Positions 62,601 to 64,000 of a stretch of 64,000 nt of DNA are shown here, piece after piece; position 1 is the first letter of the stretch, and each line of letters begins with the position of its first letter. Both the position numbers and the translations under genes were made by a program. The notes beneath the pieces are model-generated. The model was given only the letters and a program-made list of their open reading frames with translations. It made no database searches and had not been told where the DNA came from. Source of the stretch: Macrostomum hystrix (Eukaryota > Animalia > Platyhelminthes); the NCBI GenBank assembly GCA_950097015.1, contig CATNEN010000039.1:5146001-5210000 (forward strand). Direction: 5' to 3'.

Positions 62601-63544
62601 GAAACGATGCCGTCGTGATGCAGTCAGTAGAGCTTTGATCAGGGCGAGATATTTTTCATCGGGCGCCATGTAACGATTTCTTATGCAACAAATTGAGTCC
62701 TCGCAGTAAGAGCCCGTCCATACGGCCGAGAGCCAATTCAGGCCGAGAGTTAAAATATATTTAAGTTTGACAGAGCGATAAGGAAGGGGGGTTGGTAGGG
62801 TAACATGTGCGCGGACTGGCCAGAGGTAAGAGATGAAACGCAGGGGAAGGAAAGAGAGACGAGGTGAGAGCCAATCAGAGCCGAGAGAGAAGATTAGGCT
62901 AATAAATAAATTGAACAGGCAGGGGGAGAGAGGAACCAGGGAGAAGCTAATACAGCACAAATTTTCAGAGACTGCCGGAGCCCTGCTCTTCACCATCACC
63001 GCTCACTCTGGCAAGAACGCACTGCAGGAGTTCCGCAACACAAATGCGGACGACTCCCAGCCTCTGGGCTCCAGTCTGCCGCCTCCGTTCAGATCCAGCT
63101 TGCTCAACAATCTGCCCGGTGCGATCCGGGCCTACAAGTACACAAAGATTGTGGTCGAGATGCGCAAGGGCGACACTGTGGTTGCCAGCGCTACCTTCGG
63201 CGTGGCCACCGACAGCGCTAGTCTGAACTCCGAGAACTGGTTCACGCCGAACAGGCTGGTTAAGCCCTACCCCTAATGGATCGGCAAGGGTCGCTACCAG
63301 GCTTTCTCAATCACCGGAGACTCCTGGGGCACATTCCAGCGGAACTTCTAGATCCAGTTTGTGCACAAAGGCTGCGGCGGCGACATCGGCTTCATGGGCA
63401 TCGGCGACTCTCTCGCCGAGACATGCGGCTGGGCCAACCGAGGACTCCACGGCGCTCCGCCAGTGCTGTTCTACTCCACCAAGCTGCACGTGGCGTATGA
63501 GAACCACAACGTGCACTATGCCGACAGGTTCCTCATCTACTTTA
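44641..63544 (+). CDS. Secreted multi-domain F-type lectin gene (3'-partial, distal exons disrupted): exons 44641-44707, 44798-44812, 51067-51468, 51634-52032, 52198-52590, 52756-53145, 53311-53709, 53875-54357, 54535-54549, 54953-55027, 55288-55833, 55948-55974, 56255-56831, 56918-56947, 62969-63544
   Basis: Signal peptide MQCRSVAPMAALLVCSLLATATGVQG. All introns are phase 1 with GT-AG ends, and internal exon lengths are multiples of 3 except 56255-56831 (577 nt, two 1-nt deletions). Confidence 0.65.
46103..47530 (-). CDS. MULE DDE transposase with N-terminal FLYWCH-type zinc finger, intact ORF (~475 aa)
   Basis: LACEGYYF...FWQC...CPVRIH...HNH; SDGTFDASPNLFAQL; ADFERA; GCLFHLGQ; RTNNCVEAWH. 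Confidence 0.92.
   Translation of the reverse strand: MDETPVRATTTKRGKPKLACEGYYFAFEKVSKLDEALSFWQCEQGRHDSCPVRIHVRDGMKVEQLHQHNHGPDGARFHALEAIRGMKREAATTHNPTTTIIMENTNNLPEASAVAIPNQAALKKMVQSTRKVVQGLPIQPTSRAELVLPEDFQQHNGQRFLLHDSGPTADRILIFGCEESLGFLQEASDFYSDGTFDASPNLFAQLMKVHVERHGFVRPLIYALWPKKTQETYQRFYETLFHLAPNMQPIRWMADFERAHMNAIRHVFDIVASGCLFHLGQCVYRKAISEGLKQQLEQDDGETSLWMRCLTALAFVPIESVATSFDNLIMMPGFPEQLTPVANYFEDQWIGRRLPNGQRRQPRFELAVWNVRQRTLEGRHRTNNCVEAWHRRLQVVLRCSSPQVFRLLSCLKKEQDHQRLLMQRAAAGEVPQERQKYAQSNAMVLRITQRWNDGGLPADFPLRSFLRGIAHHLSK
48016..48950. repeat. 15-bp subterminal tandem array of the MULE (ggctggcaaacctct / ggctggcaaccttcc variants)
   Basis: Reverse complement of the three units at the left end (45232-45277). 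Confidence 0.93.
48959..50220 (+). mobile_element. Crypton/DUF3504-like tyrosine-recombinase element remnant with ~100-bp imperfect inverted ends and internal palindromes
   Basis: ORF 49541-50110 (LNFLLKLFILEVRTKRNERYSAGTL...EFAECRRALDAAMK...GKG..KKSDP..EDDCWTEGVFG) resembles the ZMYM/QRICH1/KIAA1958 DUF3504-type N-terminal part and stops before the catalytic region. The ends 48959-49055 and 50122-50220 are reverse complements. Confidence 0.7.
50544..50695. repeat. Minisatellite, 37-bp unit, four copies
   Basis: ctgaccgatgccgctgcttgagcagccatggactgtt. Confidence 0.9.
51067..54357 (+). CDS. Six tandem F-type lectin (fucolectin/tachylectin-4, F5/8 type C fold) domain exons
   Basis: SQSS...RAIDG..., H-X26-R-X-D-X4-R fucose motif (exact in domain 1: CTHT...NRLDCCSDR), and LTLCEVQVFG; one domain per exon with ~165-bp near-identical introns. 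Confidence 0.92.
55288..55833 (+). pseudogene. Uncharacterised ~190-aa extracellular domain, copy A; in-frame TAG at 55638-55640
   Basis: Paralogous to the copies at 56255 and 62969; TAG where copy B has TAC (Tyr). Confidence 0.65.
56255..56831 (+). pseudogene. Uncharacterised domain, copy B; two 1-nt deletions (~56523 and ~56555)
   Basis: Alignment by eye to copies A and C restores ENWFTPSRLL..PFKIDKSRHFQGFSIAGNSW when two bases are added in short homopolymers. Confidence 0.6.
57007..57325 (-). repeat. 3' LTR (319 bp)
   Basis: Near-identical to 62669-62954 apart from a 33-bp block. Confidence 0.92.
57713..60403 (-). CDS. BEL/Pao pol (end of protease region, RT, RNase H/Peptidase_A17, start of integrase Zn finger), truncated
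   Basis: 896-aa ORF with YLPH, KLRIVYDGS, YRFCRVPFGL, KVLGVRWD, YDPLGL, RLELLAA, WTDS and GLIRCRGRL. Confidence 0.9.
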   Translation of the reverse strand: MADPFDPRDASAPISLLVGSDQYYQIVKDQIIRGTSGPVAIATKLGFVLCGPLTIAAGQDEIVSDSPDGAACTAVQTLCCAAREEFSSDEQLSHFWKLETLGIAEPGSKDDVEPFHCAPHFAHDRYSVQLPWKHSDAQPSLNNHFDLAYSRLRSMMRTLSKDPLLQAKYNDILADQENSGIIERVSPSDLRKPQSVVHYLPHSCVAKSDSEHTKLRIVYDGSAKRNKCDLSINDLLQIGPNDFPQIPALLIRFRWNSVAIQADIEKAFLQVAIDPGDRDYLRFLWHQTDNPDVEGPIVQYRFCRVPFGLTCSPALLKVTILHHLETQKSKYPKSTSILSRDMYVDNLVKSCDSVDDAHQLRQEAKAIFMSAGMNLRQWQSNSQPFLSGVPSEDVGHTEKVLGVRWDSVRDSLILDFRQYAELASLQLPTKRSILAFLAKLYDPLGLISHILTLAKCLLQQLCIRKLSWDEEIPADICQTWNQWLKSLQVHTFEVPRFLFKSAQKPTQITLHGFCDASEKAFAACIYVTATYTDGSTSSNLVTSKTRVAPISQMSISRLELLAALILIRLMHVTSQNFPSIIRNFWTDSMNTLQWIKNESKQRKQFVQNRVNEIRRLSSPSEWFHVPGEQNPADLPSSGCSLEKLIHNDTWLHGPSFLCSPVKTQLQKQLQKDVRETNAVFSEADLTLHVATSVSETVHTCSSANLETLESKSAAMSTAETNNNSGRISTPSSISSIIDLTKFSNWTKLLRTTAWVRRFIYNIKESVTGGDKRTSPITAQELTESQNLWISDYQEVCFSAELNHLRNKTASTQLSRNLNLFIDGSGLIRCRGRLSNNVPFQVNNPILLPHYAPLERLLIDHCHKLVFHGGVSRSVWPGLLTLGGRSALGDPCRLSFH
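60899..62200 (-). pseudogene. BEL/Pao gag (frameshifted)
   Basis: CTYCRADHSSEHC, CIRCLRTGHTVKNC and CRNCSGNHHSSIC knuckles; coiled-coil N-terminal pieces in other frames. Confidence 0.8.
62669..62954 (-). repeat. 5' LTR (286 bp)
   Basis: Adjacent to the PBS; matches 57007-57325. Confidence 0.92.
62969..63544 (+). pseudogene. Uncharacterised domain, copy C; in-frame TAA (63274-63276) and TAG (63349-63351)
   Basis: The 3' two-thirds are nearly identical to copy A; both stops replace TAC Tyr codons seen in other copies. Confidence 0.65.
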
Positions 63545-64000
63545 GTGAGTGTCTGAGTCAAGTATATGTAAACTTCGCTGTCTTCTCATTTTAGTAAGCA
63601 TTTTCTTAACACCTTGGGCAAATAAATTCTTGCATTTTAGAGCACTGAGAAGTTGCTGGTTCGGAAATATCGGAAATCTGAACTATTTATAACCAGACTT
63701 TGTTGCGCTCTGCAATGCGGTTCAGACACATTTTGATGGTACATGCATTGTTTAGCTAAGGTTAAATTTGTGCGAACGTTAATGACGGTGGTCAAATCGT
63801 TTGGTGATGGGACATTTAATCAAATGGAAAAATATAATCTTTAAATTCTGGACACTTTATTTCCTCTTTTCGTCCATTAATTTGGCAACATCAAAATGTG
63901 CTCAAAGTCGTGTACATTATAATTATTTGCCTTGAAATTAAATAAGCTTTACATCATAAAAAGTCCAAAATGGCTCGCTCGATGTAACACACTACGCTCG

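Larger units (their letters stand above)
57007..62954 (-). mobile_element. BEL/Pao LTR retrotransposon, integrase core deleted, gag-pol frameshifted
   Basis: TG...CA LTRs at 57007-57325 and 62669-62954; PBS TGGCGCCCGA (62668-62659); PPT at 57326-57339; 5-bp TSD gcacc/gcaca. Gag triple CCHC, protease LLDTAS, RT ADIEKAF/VPFGL/YVDN, RNase H HGFCDAS and NPADL; the ORF ends just after the integrase HH motif. Confidence 0.93.

Noticed and set aside
55638-63351. Variant genetic code with stop read as Tyr
   Set aside because: Other genes in the window end normally at TAG (3851, 12633, 42738) and have no internal stops; a genome-wide reassignment is unsupported.

Overview
Eukaryotic (invertebrate) genomic DNA with GT-AG introns, many unrelated minisatellites and nested transposons. 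The composition resembles a free-living flatworm such as Macrostomum, which is inference only. Genes reconstructed by splice-site and frame logic: (1) the 3' part of a GTF3C2/TFIIIC110-like WD40 gene with an AT-hook, Ser/Thr-rich and RG-rich tail (1-3851, +); (2) a filamin-repeat gene with an internal 10-aa coding repeat (4935-12633, +); (3) an orphan poly-Q gene (14398-16073, -); (4) a candidate 86-aa Cys/Pro micro-protein (37363-37623, -); (5) an acyl-CoA thioesterase ACOT/BAAT-family gene (40868-42738, +), whose 3' end and downstream ~1.8 kb are duplicated in inverted orientation at 32326-34369 and joined to a decayed LINE; (6) a large secreted modular gene (44641 to beyond 63544, +) with a signal peptide, six tandem F-type (fucose) lectin exons, symmetric phase-1 micro-exons and three copies of an uncharacterised ~190-aa domain, each with stops or frameshifts. 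Mobile elements: two tRNA-derived SINE families, a three-level nest (MITE > RTE LINE > CCHC LINE 3' end) with readable target-site duplications, an intact MULE/Phantom-like transposase with an asymmetric 15-bp subterminal array, a Crypton/DUF3504-like fragment inside a hairpin-rich inverted-repeat cassette, and a BEL/Pao LTR element lacking the integrase core. The best candidate for something new is the modular lectin gene, a possible splice-combinatorial, diversifying glycan-recognition locus. No database searches or computed alignments were available.
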